This document shows, piece by piece, positions 37,597-47,600 of a DNA stretch of 64,000 nucleotides. The position numbers were made by a program, and so were the translations under genes. The notes beneath the pieces are model-generated. The model saw nothing but the letters and a program-made list of their open reading frames with translations, searched no databases and was not told where the DNA came from. The number at the start of each line of letters is the position of its first letter. Position 1 is the first letter of the stretch. The stretch lies in NCBI GenBank assembly GCA_044226015.1, contig JBGAHS010000008.1, positions 320,001 through 384,000 on the forward strand. The letters run 5' to 3'. Source of the stretch: Candidatus Obscuribacteraceae bacterium. Its GTDB lineage: Bacteria > Cyanobacteriota > Vampirovibrionia > Obscuribacterales > Obscuribacteraceae.

Positions 37597-38727
37597 TCAA
37601 GGCTTACTGCCACCAGCCGCTGCAGTCTCCAGCTTCCGCTTCTCTTTCCCTGACAGAACGCGATACCACTGGTAGTGCCCATCTGTTTCAAGTTTCAGCT
37701 TGATCGGATCAGCTTCTTTATTTTCGACGCCCTTGAGCGCGAGCTTTTTGATCAGATCAGTTTGAATGGAGTGCCCAATAAATCCCTTGTCCATCGCAGT
37801 AAATTCGACTGTTTTCAAGCCCGGAATTTCGGGCGGTCTGCGCCAGTCCACATCAACATTGTCGACCGTTGAAGTGCCCAACCGCGCACGTCCATGGACT
37901 CGCCGCGACAATCCCAGCGCCTTGTCTTTCGCCGAAATCAGGATCCAACTTTCCGTCGCGCTGCTGCAAACATTCGCCGCGTAATTGTTGAATGTTCCGC
38001 TATCAATATCGGGCGATGTAAGCACAAGGTCGCAAAATTTGGGAGTGCTGACATTCTTTGCTTGATTCAACTCAGCTCTCGCATTGAGCGCCCACATCAG
38101 CAGCCTGTTGCCCATGCTGTGCCCAACAATCATTATCTTCGTCTGGTCGCCAACGGCGTTTTCCAAATCAGCAAGGAATCTCCTGAAGTGCAACAAACTC
38201 CACTCAGCGTTACACTCATCCTTTATGTAGTGCAGCGTTTTCTCGTTGGACGGCCAGCAATACGCAATCACCGGCGCGCCGAAAGACAAGCCGAAATCAG
38301 CCGCTCGCTGCAGCGCGACATCCATGCCGTTGTTATAGCCGTGCACAAACAGAATCACCCTGTCGGCGTTGCGCAGCTTCGCAAGCACATCTTCATAGAA
38401 TCCGGCAGGCTCACGATATTGCGATTTGACATTGTCAACGATGATTTTGTTTTGCCGCTGCGTTTTGTTGCGCCAACCGAGATTGTAGTGCTCTCTTGCA
38501 TCACTCGTGCTGGGCACCGCGACCTGGCATTGCCCAAGTTCCACACCTTCGGCGTAACGGCGCTTGCAGTTGTATTGCGGGTCGGAGTTGCCACCATCTC
38601 TCTGCCGATCTGTAACGTAAAAAACAGGCATCTCGATCGACTTCACATCTTTGGCGCGCACGGCAGATTGCACGCCGAGCGTCATCGCGAGAGACAAAAT
38701 CACGACCATCTGTTTGTTTGCTTGCAT
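37597..38727 (-). CDS. Secreted alpha/beta hydrolase (DUF900-like)
   Basis: Signal peptide; VFYVTDR, LFVHGYN, YCWPS, GHSMG, SPDID, D.AL.LS, ARLG and GHS. Confidence 0.92.
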   Translation of the reverse strand: MQANKQMVVILSLAMTLGVQSAVRAKDVKSIEMPVFYVTDRQRDGGNSDPQYNCKRRYAEGVELGQCQVAVPSTSDAREHYNLGWRNKTQRQNKIIVDNVKSQYREPAGFYEDVLAKLRNADRVILFVHGYNNGMDVALQRAADFGLSFGAPVIAYCWPSNEKTLHYIKDECNAEWSLLHFRRFLADLENAVGDQTKIMIVGHSMGNRLLMWALNARAELNQAKNVSTPKFCDLVLTSPDIDSGTFNNYAANVCSSATESWILISAKDKALGLSRRVHGRARLGTSTVDNVDVDWRRPPEIPGLKTVEFTAMDKGFIGHSIQTDLIKKLALKGVENKEADPIKLKLETDGHYQWYRVLSGKEKRKLETAAAGGSKP

Positions 38728-38945
38728 AAAGGCGCCTCAGCTGCTGCTTCCGGTGCGAGTGCCTGGTCTTATCGCGACCCAAAAGCCATCACACATAGAT
38801 TGAACCGATCCATTTTACTTGGAAATTGGCGAGCGGAACAACAAATTTCCAAGAAAGATGCGAGCAAATCCCTCTTGAATTACTAGCAAGTACCACAGAC
38901 TTGTACTAACAAAAATGATGTACTGACTCTATGAAACGCCAGCCC

Positions 38946-40088
38946 CTATAAAGCTTTAATAGGAGGATGGGTCTTCAGGTAGTCTACAATTTCTTCTGGA
39001 TCATCAAGCAAACAAATCAGCTTAGCGTAAGGCTTATTTTCATCACGCGCCAACTTTTTCAGAAAAGGATAAATAGGTTTAGCGCAAGCCCAATACTCTG
39101 TACCTAAAAATATCATTGGACTGGCTTCACCATTACTCATGTAATAGTTCTGCGCAGCATCTTGAAAGATCTCTTGGATGGTGCCCGCTTTTCCAGGACT
39201 AAAAATAATTCCACCTTTCGCAAGAGTGACCAGTCCATCCTCTCGAATTGAATTAGCAAAATACTTTGCGATGTGCGTTGCAAACGGCGTAGATGGCTCG
39301 TGCCCGTATAGCCAGGTCGGAATAGCCAAGCTCGCTGCTGGTTGGTATTTTTGGGAAACCTCGTCCAAAAGCTTGAACGCCGAAGACAACCAAGGGTGAA
39401 GTCCGCTTTCAAAGCCTGGTACGTTCGACAGCTCAGTGATGGCTGCATCCATCTCGGCAAGAGTTCCGTTTGCGAATAATGGACCCAAGTGCGATGCCTC
39501 CATAGCACCTGGACCACCACCACTAACCACCAGGTATCCTTCTCTGCATAACAGCCACGAGAGTTTTGCAACTGTGCGGTAGTCCTCCGCACCTCTGACC
39601 ATTTTGTGCCCACCCATGATCGCAACCATTTTGTAAGAATCAATGTTGTTTTGCCTGGTGAAGTCACCTATGGCATCGTCAATTGCGTGATCGTGCATTC
39701 TTTGCAAAAGTGCTTCAAAGACACCTAAATCATCCTTGTTTTTTTTCCAGTATTCATAAATTTTAGAATCAGGAGTTCGTTTATACGAATTAGGATCGGC
39801 TTGGTCAAATCCATCATATAAATCTCTGGCAGTATAAAGTGAACTGCGGTATGGATTGAAAACGAGACCGGGAATCGTGGGAAACGTCAAAGCCTTATTC
39901 TGATCGAAATACCGTTGAACGGCTTCTGTAAAAGTACAGCCCAAGAAGACCGCTCCTGCTACCGGTGTAGTCAATATTTTCGACTCAAACGATGAAAGAT
40001 CTAGATTTTGCACGACACAGTCCTCTAGAGTTGTTTCCAGCTGCGCCTTAAACTGATCAATCGTATCAATCTCTTTCATCCCTTTCAC
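38946..40088 (-). CDS. LOG/SLOG family (Rossmann-fold nucleotide-binding) protein
   Basis: IMGGH, SGGGPGAMEA, PTWLYGHEP, KYFANSIREDG and PGKAGTIQE. Confidence 0.9.
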   Translation of the reverse strand: MKGMKEIDTIDQFKAQLETTLEDCVVQNLDLSSFESKILTTPVAGAVFLGCTFTEAVQRYFDQNKALTFPTIPGLVFNPYRSSLYTARDLYDGFDQADPNSYKRTPDSKIYEYWKKNKDDLGVFEALLQRMHDHAIDDAIGDFTRQNNIDSYKMVAIMGGHKMVRGAEDYRTVAKLSWLLCREGYLVVSGGGPGAMEASHLGPLFANGTLAEMDAAITELSNVPGFESGLHPWLSSAFKLLDEVSQKYQPAASLAIPTWLYGHEPSTPFATHIAKYFANSIREDGLVTLAKGGIIFSPGKAGTIQEIFQDAAQNYYMSNGEASPMIFLGTEYWACAKPIYPFLKKLARDENKPYAKLICLLDDPEEIVDYLKTHPPIKAL

Positions 40089-40383
40089 CTCAATTTTTGT
40101 AGCACAAAAAGAACTTAGCCTTCAGTAAGCCAATAGCCAATAACGTTCAACCCAGAGCGACTTGCGAATTCGCGGAGGGCTAGGAATTTCCGGAACCTCG
40201 TAAACTATAGCGCACTTTATCGTAAGCAGTCATGCATGAAAGACATCAAAAATAAATTTCCATATCAACATTCGCAACTACCTATATTTCGGATTTCAGA
40301 CGGTCCTAAACCGGGTCGGCTCCAAGTTTTTCTTTGAGGCGTGAAAAACGAAGAGAACCAAAGACGTGAATTCAAGAGAGAAA

Positions 40384-40407
40384 GAGTTACACGATTATGT
40401 GTAACTC
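40384..40407. promoter_or_regulatory. Perfect palindromic operator candidate GAGTTACAC-N6-GTGTAACTC
   Basis: 9-bp perfect inverted repeat in the divergent intergenic region, without a poly-T tail. Confidence 0.5.
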
Positions 40408-40520
40408 CAACATTTTGTCGAACTTTTCATAATTGATGCGAACAAAGCATCTGAGCGGCTGTCTGCGCATTCAGCGTCTAACTATTTGCGACCATAAATC
40501 AAAAAAGTTCGGACAAACAA

Positions 40521-41849
40521 ATGAGACAGGATATGATTGACCACAGTTTTATGGGAGTGAATACTTTGCAAGAATCTATACGTGACAAGAGCAGAACTCG
40601 TTTGCTTTCTCTTCTATTTATCGCAAGCACGCTTCTTACACCACCCAATTCGCAAGCCGCTCCCCAACCCGCCGTCAAGAAACCTACGAAAGCAGCCACA
40701 GTCTCTTCGGCTCGAAATCGCCATTCAATTGGTGTTTCGCACACAAGCAAAAATCAACCGAAGACGAGTCCTGCGTCAATCCACCATCGCACTACTTCGG
40801 AAGTACATCCCCAAGGTACAAGCCCACCCGAGAAGAGAATCACTGGTACTTTCATCCAAATTGGAGAGGCAGACCTAGCTGACAACGCTTCTTGGGAAAA
40901 GCATCTCGACGTCATCAGAAGCTTGGGATTAAAGCGCATCATCATTCAATATGTAGATAAGCCAAATTTTCATTTGCTCGCTCAGCAAAACGATCCAGTA
41001 CCGTTCATATTGAGTTATTGCAGAAGAAACGGCATTGAGGTGCTTATGGGCACTTACTACGAAAATGGTTTCATTGATCGCTACTGGAATAACGACCTTT
41101 CTGACTTCCAGGAGAACAGCAGGGTCTTTAACGCAACAAGAGACGCCGCAAAAAATGCAGCCACTAAATACAATCTAGCAGAAGAACCATGTTTCAAGGG
41201 ATGGTACCTTTCACTCGAACCTTTTCTCATTTCGTTGAGCCAAGAAAAGCAAGTTGCGTTCAACCAGTTTCTCAAACGTTGCGTCGCAGAACTGCCAGCA
41301 CGACGACCTAACGACATCGTTGCAACCAGCGTTTTCTTACCCGATACCGCAGCTAGGGACGACTACTCTAGTAATATTGCAGAGCTTATCCCTGTAATCA
41401 AAGACAGCGGAGTAAACGTGTTAATGCTACAAGATGGTGTCGGGAAACTCAATGGCATGAGAGTAGACGGCATGACAGCGCCATTGAATTTGAATACCTT
41501 GCAAAATCTCAAGAATTTCATCGAGCCATATATGCTTGCATTTATGAATTTAGAACGTTCATTACCGGGGGTAAAACTGTGGCTTGATTTGGAAATTTAC
41601 GACCCGGACGGAGCTGAAACCAAACCGCCGGCGGTATCACAAAGAGTATTGAATCAGCTTGAATTAGAGACACCCTTTCTAAGGTCGAATTCGGAGATAA
41701 TAGCCTGGGATGTCTACAACCAGATGAGCAAGTTCAACACAAATGGCGGCAAACAAGCGAAACGCACCGCATTTTACAACTTCTACTTTAACTACGTTAG
41801 GAATAAGTATCCCGCCGTTGTCGTGCCCATAGAAGGTGTCACCCCATAG
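40521..41849 (+). CDS. Secreted DUF4434-like TIM-barrel glycoside-hydrolase-like protein
   Basis: Signal-like segment and low-complexity linker; ITGTFIQ, W...L..IRSLG..RIIIQY, FKGWYLSLE, LMLQDGVG and LWLDLEIY. Confidence 0.75.
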   Translation: MRQDMIDHSFMGVNTLQESIRDKSRTRLLSLLFIASTLLTPPNSQAAPQPAVKKPTKAATVSSARNRHSIGVSHTSKNQPKTSPASIHHRTTSEVHPQGTSPPEKRITGTFIQIGEADLADNASWEKHLDVIRSLGLKRIIIQYVDKPNFHLLAQQNDPVPFILSYCRRNGIEVLMGTYYENGFIDRYWNNDLSDFQENSRVFNATRDAAKNAATKYNLAEEPCFKGWYLSLEPFLISLSQEKQVAFNQFLKRCVAELPARRPNDIVATSVFLPDTAARDDYSSNIAELIPVIKDSGVNVLMLQDGVGKLNGMRVDGMTAPLNLNTLQNLKNFIEPYMLAFMNLERSLPGVKLWLDLEIYDPDGAETKPPAVSQRVLNQLELETPFLRSNSEIIAWDVYNQMSKFNTNGGKQAKRTAFYNFYFNYVRNKYPAVVVPIEGVTP

Positions 41850-41860
41850 CTGCTGAGTCG

Positions 41861-42337
41861 GTGAAAGAAGCAAAGGAATGGGTTGCGTGGCAATGGCTCG
41901 AATACATGCAAAAGTGCAATCCGACAGTGCCGGGCTTGGCGGTGAAACTCTTTCCGCCTCACACTCGCGACCTGCTGACTGATCAAACAAAATTCTGGAA
42001 ACTGTTGCTTGCTCAACAAGACTTCCACTGCATCTACAGCAACACGCGTATCGAAGCGAAAGAGTTCAGCCTGGATCACTTTTTGCCCTGGTCATTTGTG
42101 GTGCACGACGAACTCTGGAATCTAATTCCCACCACTCGCGCAGTGAATTCGAGCAAAGGAGATAGATTGCCTGCGGAGAAATATATAGACGCACTTGCAA
42201 TTTCTATGCACAACGCACTGAAATTCGCGCGCCAGAAAAACTTAGCCGCCAGCGAATGGGAAAAATTGAGCGGTCCCTTTTTCAGAGATCTGGGAATTGA
42301 AAGCGAAGCTAGAATAGAGAATGCCCAGCGCCTTTAA
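41861..42337 (+). pseudogene. HNH endonuclease C-terminal fragment
   Basis: YMQKCNPTVPG...CIYS...LDHFLPWSFVVHDELWNLIP...VNSSKGDRLP; the long N-terminal domain usual for this family is missing. Confidence 0.7.
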
Positions 42338-42385
42338 GCGCAGCAATCAAAACCGAAACAGAGCACGCTCGAAAGTGAATGCATC

Positions 42386-43054
42386 ATGCAGACATATAAT
42401 CACAATCCGAAACTCAATACTGAACTAATACAGCAGTTAATGGAACTCGGCGACGAGCTAAACACTGAAAAGATCGATAAAATCGCCGAGCAGGAACCAA
42501 AAATAATTTCGGACCTGATTGAAATCGTCAAAGACGCCGATTCATTTGGTGCGGAAGAGGCGTCGTGGGTTCCAATTCATGCTGTTATCCTGCTTAGAAA
42601 ACTCAATGCGTTAGAATCGATTGATGCACTCATACAAGTAGCATTAAGCAGCGAGTGGGACGAAATTCTTCTTAGCCAAATATTGATTGCTTTTAGTAGC
42701 TTTGGTGAAGCAGTCCTCGAACCAGCGCTCTCCGCGTACGCTAGTGCAAAGACTGACTTAGAGCGAGAAATAATGCTCGCTTCAGCTTCCAGTGCTGGAA
42801 TTCACGATCAACGTGTGTTCGAAATCATCCACACAGAATTCAAAAAGGATCCTACTAAAGCAGCGATTCAATTCGCGGCTTATGGCGATAAAGCTGCGCT
42901 GCCAATTCTCGCCGACACCCTGAACAAAGCCTACGAGCCGGTGCTCATTACAGAACTAGCATTTGCAATTAGAGAATTAGGCGGTGAACTCGCTCCAAAA
43001 CAGGAGAAAAAAGTTGCATCAGCCAAGAGAAAAATAAAAAAGACGCAAGAGTAA
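42386..43054 (+). CDS. HEAT-repeat/DUF1186-like helical protein
   Basis: WVPIHAVILLRKLNALESIDALI, FGEAVLEP, YGDKAALPIL and AIRELGGEL. Confidence 0.65.
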   Translation: MQTYNHNPKLNTELIQQLMELGDELNTEKIDKIAEQEPKIISDLIEIVKDADSFGAEEASWVPIHAVILLRKLNALESIDALIQVALSSEWDEILLSQILIAFSSFGEAVLEPALSAYASAKTDLEREIMLASASSAGIHDQRVFEIIHTEFKKDPTKAAIQFAAYGDKAALPILADTLNKAYEPVLITELAFAIRELGGELAPKQEKKVASAKRKIKKTQE

Positions 43055-43109
43055 CTGCAGCGATGCTGAGCCGGCAGCTGTATGGCGGATAGTAAAAACA
43101 AAAAACTAC

Positions 43110-43757
43110 TCAGTGAATAACTACGACGGGGCGCACCGGCTTAAGCCTGCCTGGCACCAAAAGTGGTGCCGCATACAAATCGCACAAAATCTCCTCCTGC
43201 ACTCCGGTCAAATCAAGATTGAGCAGACATGCGACGTTGTGAGAATCAAGCAAGCCTAGCGCTTGCTCATCCGTCAACTGCGCAAACTCCGTGGACTCTA
43301 CACCAATCAATCTGAATTCGGCGCTCAAACACCTCAGCGCGCCTTCCGTTAATAAGCGAAATTCAGTACGCTTATTCATCGAGTTCTTAATCAACAGTCG
43401 CACGGGCACCTCAACTTTGACACCATAGATGCCGCTCAGTTTCTCAGCCAGCCCTTTCAGTTTCGCCAGTGCAGACGCCATTTCATCTTGTGAAATAGCC
43501 CGAGTTTCAGCAGCAGACAAATCAATAATTGCGCAGGGACCAATATAAAGCCCCAAACCATTACTCGAATCGTCAGCTGAAAAATTCGCCTGCTTACTCA
43601 TAGACTCAGGCACAAAAGCCAACGACAAGGAGCCAGCCTTCAAATTTTCATCCAGAGTGCCAAACCGACTTTCACAGGAAATGTCAAATAGATTACGCTC
43701 GGGCTGCAACAGTCTGCCCTCCATCGTATGCTTCACCAGGATCACCATGCTGCGCAA
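43110..43757 (-). CDS. Degenerate cyclase/kynurenine-formamidase-like protein 2; start uncertain
   Basis: LFDIS, LYIGPCAIIDL, RLLIK, LIGVES, LLNLDLTGV, LYAAPL and PVRPVV; no HxGTHxD motif. Confidence 0.65.
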   Translation of the reverse strand: MRSMVILVKHTMEGRLLQPERNLFDISCESRFGTLDENLKAGSLSLAFVPESMSKQANFSADDSSNGLGLYIGPCAIIDLSAAETRAISQDEMASALAKLKGLAEKLSGIYGVKVEVPVRLLIKNSMNKRTEFRLLTEGALRCLSAEFRLIGVESTEFAQLTDEQALGLLDSHNVACLLNLDLTGVQEEILCDLYAAPLLVPGRLKPVRPVVVIH

Positions 43758-44358
43758 TCAACACTGCTCGACACGCACAGACACCAAGAACATCTGACAA
43801 AACTGGCACTGCGACAAGCTCATAATTGGTCAGAACTTTCGCATCGCAGAGATTCACCCCAAGCAACCATACAATATTGTTCTGGCGCAAAAAATCCTCA
43901 TTGTTGCTCGGCTGTCCGGGCGGGTCTAATGCAGCAGTATCGATCCCTAGAAGCGATACACTCTGCGACATAAAAAGCAAAAGGGCATCGGCAGAAAGAT
44001 ATTTATCGCCCGTGCTGCCAGCTGATTTAGTCCTCAGCAAAAGACGCCGCGGGCGCTTAGTCGGTTCAAGTTCCAGGAATGGATTGAGACTGGGCAAAAT
44101 GTGCGATGCATTGATTGTTTGCTCGCCACAATCACTCAAATCGAGCACAAATGCTGTCCCCATATATGGCGACAGAGAAACACTGGTCAATAGGCGTTCT
44201 GGCTCCAGCAAAGAATCAGCGTCGTCGAGCGACTCAGCATCAGACGGAAAGCCATAATAGACAGTAGTGGTTGAACGAAACGGCGGAAGCAAACTCAGAC
44301 TTCCCGTCGTCTCGGCGGGGATTGAAATATCGAGGATCTGAGAAAAATCCCTGGACAA
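43693..44358 (-). CDS. Degenerate cyclase/kynurenine-formamidase-like protein 1
   Basis: ILDISIP, YMGTAFVLDL, RLLLRT, LLGIDTAALD, YELVAVP and CRAVL; no HxGTHxD motif. Confidence 0.7.
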   Translation of the reverse strand: MSRDFSQILDISIPAETTGSLSLLPPFRSTTTVYYGFPSDAESLDDADSLLEPERLLTSVSLSPYMGTAFVLDLSDCGEQTINASHILPSLNPFLELEPTKRPRRLLLRTKSAGSTGDKYLSADALLLFMSQSVSLLGIDTAALDPPGQPSNNEDFLRQNNIVWLLGVNLCDAKVLTNYELVAVPVLSDVLGVCACRAVLIAQHGDPGEAYDGGQTVAARA

Positions 44359-44670
44359 TTTTTCGCCTGAAGAAAAGTTACAAAAGAGGGATGGAAGAAG
44401 GGTTTAGTTTTGCAATTTTAGAACCGCAAGGTCAATTTACCACGAAGGAGTTAGCACAACGCTCCTTGACGACCAGAGTGCGCTGCATTGCGCGCTGACG
44501 CAGCAAATCCACGGTTCAGGTCGACAACACGCCTACCAGCATCCTGCGGTATCGGGATTTTGCATTCTAATGATTTCAATTAGCGAACTGGGGCACAATA
44601 TTCGTAAGGGTTTAGTTGTCAGCAATGCTTCGGGACGGCGTGTCTTATCCCTCTGGATTGGTGTGCTCCT

Positions 44671-47600
44671 GTGAAAGACGATGAAACCAAGGACGAAAAC
44701 AAGAAGACTGATAAGAGCGAAGATTTCGACGATAGCCCAGAGAACACCAGGCTAGAAGATAAAGCCGATATCGACGTAACGAAAACGCAGGTCAAAGACG
44801 CGACCAAGAGCCGCGCTGCTACAGCCGTTCCCGACATTGATCTTCTCGGTGCCGATCAGACCGGCGGTCTGCGCGAATTACTGCGCCGCCAGGAAGCTGC
44901 AATTGGCAAGCCTTCAGAGAAACAGAAAGCGAGCGACGCAGGCAAACCATCACAAGAGAAACGCGAAGACTTTGAGAAACTAAAGGAGTTTCAACAGGCA
45001 TTCCTCTCACCATTGGCTTCAGCGAACGAGAGACGCGCGGCGCTGGACGCAATGGAATCACTGCTGCAAAAGAAAGATGGCACTGAGGCAGCCGAACTAA
45101 AAAAGGGCATCGAAACCAATCGCAGACTAGACCAGCTTATAGGCTTGTCTAGCGATGCAGCCTCATTCAAAACAGAGAATCTGATAGCAGCACTGCAAAC
45201 GCCAACAAGAACAGACGCTGCGATTCTCGGACTTGCCGCCATCGCCAATGGTGGCAATGGAGACAAGTCGCAGGCTCTGTCAGCAACCGCTGCATTGCAG
45301 CAGTTCGTTGGAAAAGACGAGACATTTAACACTGCGCGGGCTAAGCAAGTTATCGACGCCTTGCTCGCAAGCAGGACAGCTCCGTACTCAGACAAATTTC
45401 TTGGCTTAGTGCTAGCCAGCGACCTTGCTGCAAAATCACAGCATTTTCCAGACGCATTACATCAGAGCATTCAAGAGGCATTAAGCTCAGACACAGCTGT
45501 TGGACGCGAAGCCGGATTCAACGCAATCAAAAGGCTTGGCGGCAAAGCCTCCGATGCTGATTTTAAAGCACTGCAAGAAAATATGACGCCAGAATTGGCG
45601 AAGAATATTATGGCTTTGCCACCAGATCTCTTAGCGAGAAACGACTACGCGCTGATATCAGAAGCAGTGACTCGCTTGCCCAAAGCAGAACTCAGCAAAT
45701 TCTTCACCGATGCAGCAACTCAACAGACCACGAAACTCACTGAATTAGCGAAATCCGAGCTAGCAGATGCCGGCGAAGTAAAGACGAGCAAGGGCTTGCA
45801 GCAAGCTGCCGTAAAAGGTCTGGCTGAAATTGCAAGAGGAAGAGTTCAGGATGAAGACGAAGCTACACGTGCTTACAATGCATTGAAGAAACTGGCAGAA
45901 AGTCCAGAAGCGAAACATGCTGTAATTGAAGCCATTGCCAAGACGCAGCCAGCGCGCAATTCCGACTATTGGACAATACCTCTCTTGGGGAAAACCATTG
46001 CAAGCCTGAAAGATGGCTACGAAAGCGTTGGTGAAGGGCTGCCAGAAAACGAGAAACTGGCGCTAAAAAAAGCTGTTCGCGACGCAATAGAAACCAGCTT
46101 GAAGAGCCATGCAGCGGCAGACAATCGTTGGGCGGGAAGAAGCCTATCATGGCTTGCCAAAACAATGGACGAAGAGCTCTTGAATGTATTCAAAGACAAT
46201 CTGTCTTTTGAGTCGATAAACGAGCTGTCGCCACATGTGAAGGCGATGAAACCAGAACTGCAAGCGCTGTTGCGTCAAGATTTAGTTTCGCGTGCCAGCA
46301 CAGACAGCGGCGCCGATCGCAAATCACGTGAGACTGCAATTACAGCCCTGGTTAGCTTCTTTGGAAAAGATGCGCTTGATGGCACGGGGCTTGAGGTTTC
46401 TACAGAAAAGCAAAAGGAAAACAAATCTGAAATCGCTGAACTAATAAAGGTCGCGGACACAAGCACAGGCACGAATTACGTCTTTGCTCTTCCATTAGTG
46501 AAAGGCGGAAGCACGCATCCACTTCCTCTAAGCATAGATAGGGGCGAGCCCAGCGACCCAGCTCTTCCAAAGCTGACGGAGTTTAAGTGGGAACAGGGAA
46601 GAGAGAAACCACAAGGCAATGCATACACTGGCGCTGAAAAGAGTTTTCTCACCGACACACTGAAAGAAGTTAGCGAAAAGTTTTCTAAGGACCAGAGAGG
46701 CAATGAGACTACTCTGGTTCGTGAAGCCAACAAATACAAAGTCAATGAAGAGGCAAGTCTTAAAGCCTCCACGCAGAATGGTGCAGCAATTACAGATGCC
46801 ACGCGCGCCTCGTTCAACGAATCAAAAGACACTCTGACGAAAAGCAGTGATTTCGTTGAAAGACAAAGCAACGAAAAATTGATTAGAGAAGATGTAGACC
46901 GCGCTTATCAGCAACTTCTGGGACGTAAGCCTGACTACCCCGGAGCAAACTGGGCATTGGATCTCTTCAACAGCGGCAAGAGCTACCGCGATGCACTTCG
47001 CGGAATAGCCTCAGCAGCGGAATTCAAAAATGCTATTCCGCAAGATAAAGATAAGGTCATGCCTTTTCTATATAGCAAGTTGCTACTTCGCAGCTTCGGC
47101 AGCGGCGACAATAAGGCAATGTATGAGCAGCTGATTGCCAAGGAAGGAATTGATGGCGCAATAAATTTCATTCTGAGCTCAGCCGAGTTCAATGAAATGG
47201 CTGCATCAAGAGGAAAGAATAAAGCGCCAGAACTGAAAGATGCATTGCCACCAGAAACAAACGAAAAGTGCAACGCAGCTGCCAGAACAATCGAAGACCT
47301 GCAGAATCAACTTAGGGCGAATCCGGAAAACAAATTGCTGCAAGACGCTCTTATCGCGCTGGGCGGGCTGGACAAAGCCGGCGCACCCGAGCAGACTGGC
47401 GGACCTGCCAAAGCTGGATCTAGCAAGGCGAACGAAGAGCGACAGAAGCTCATTGCTGCAAGCTTGGAAGCAATAAACAGAGTTCCCGACGGATTGCTGT
47501 CTCAACTCAAAGCACAAGACCCTGCAATGCGATTCAGGGCGATGGAAAAAATCGACCTTGCCTTGAACAGTTCAAATGACAGTGTGCTGCAACAAGCACT

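Noticed and set aside
37894..38886. 330-aa plus-strand ORF
   Set aside because: Antisense to the clear DUF900 hydrolase and has no motifs.
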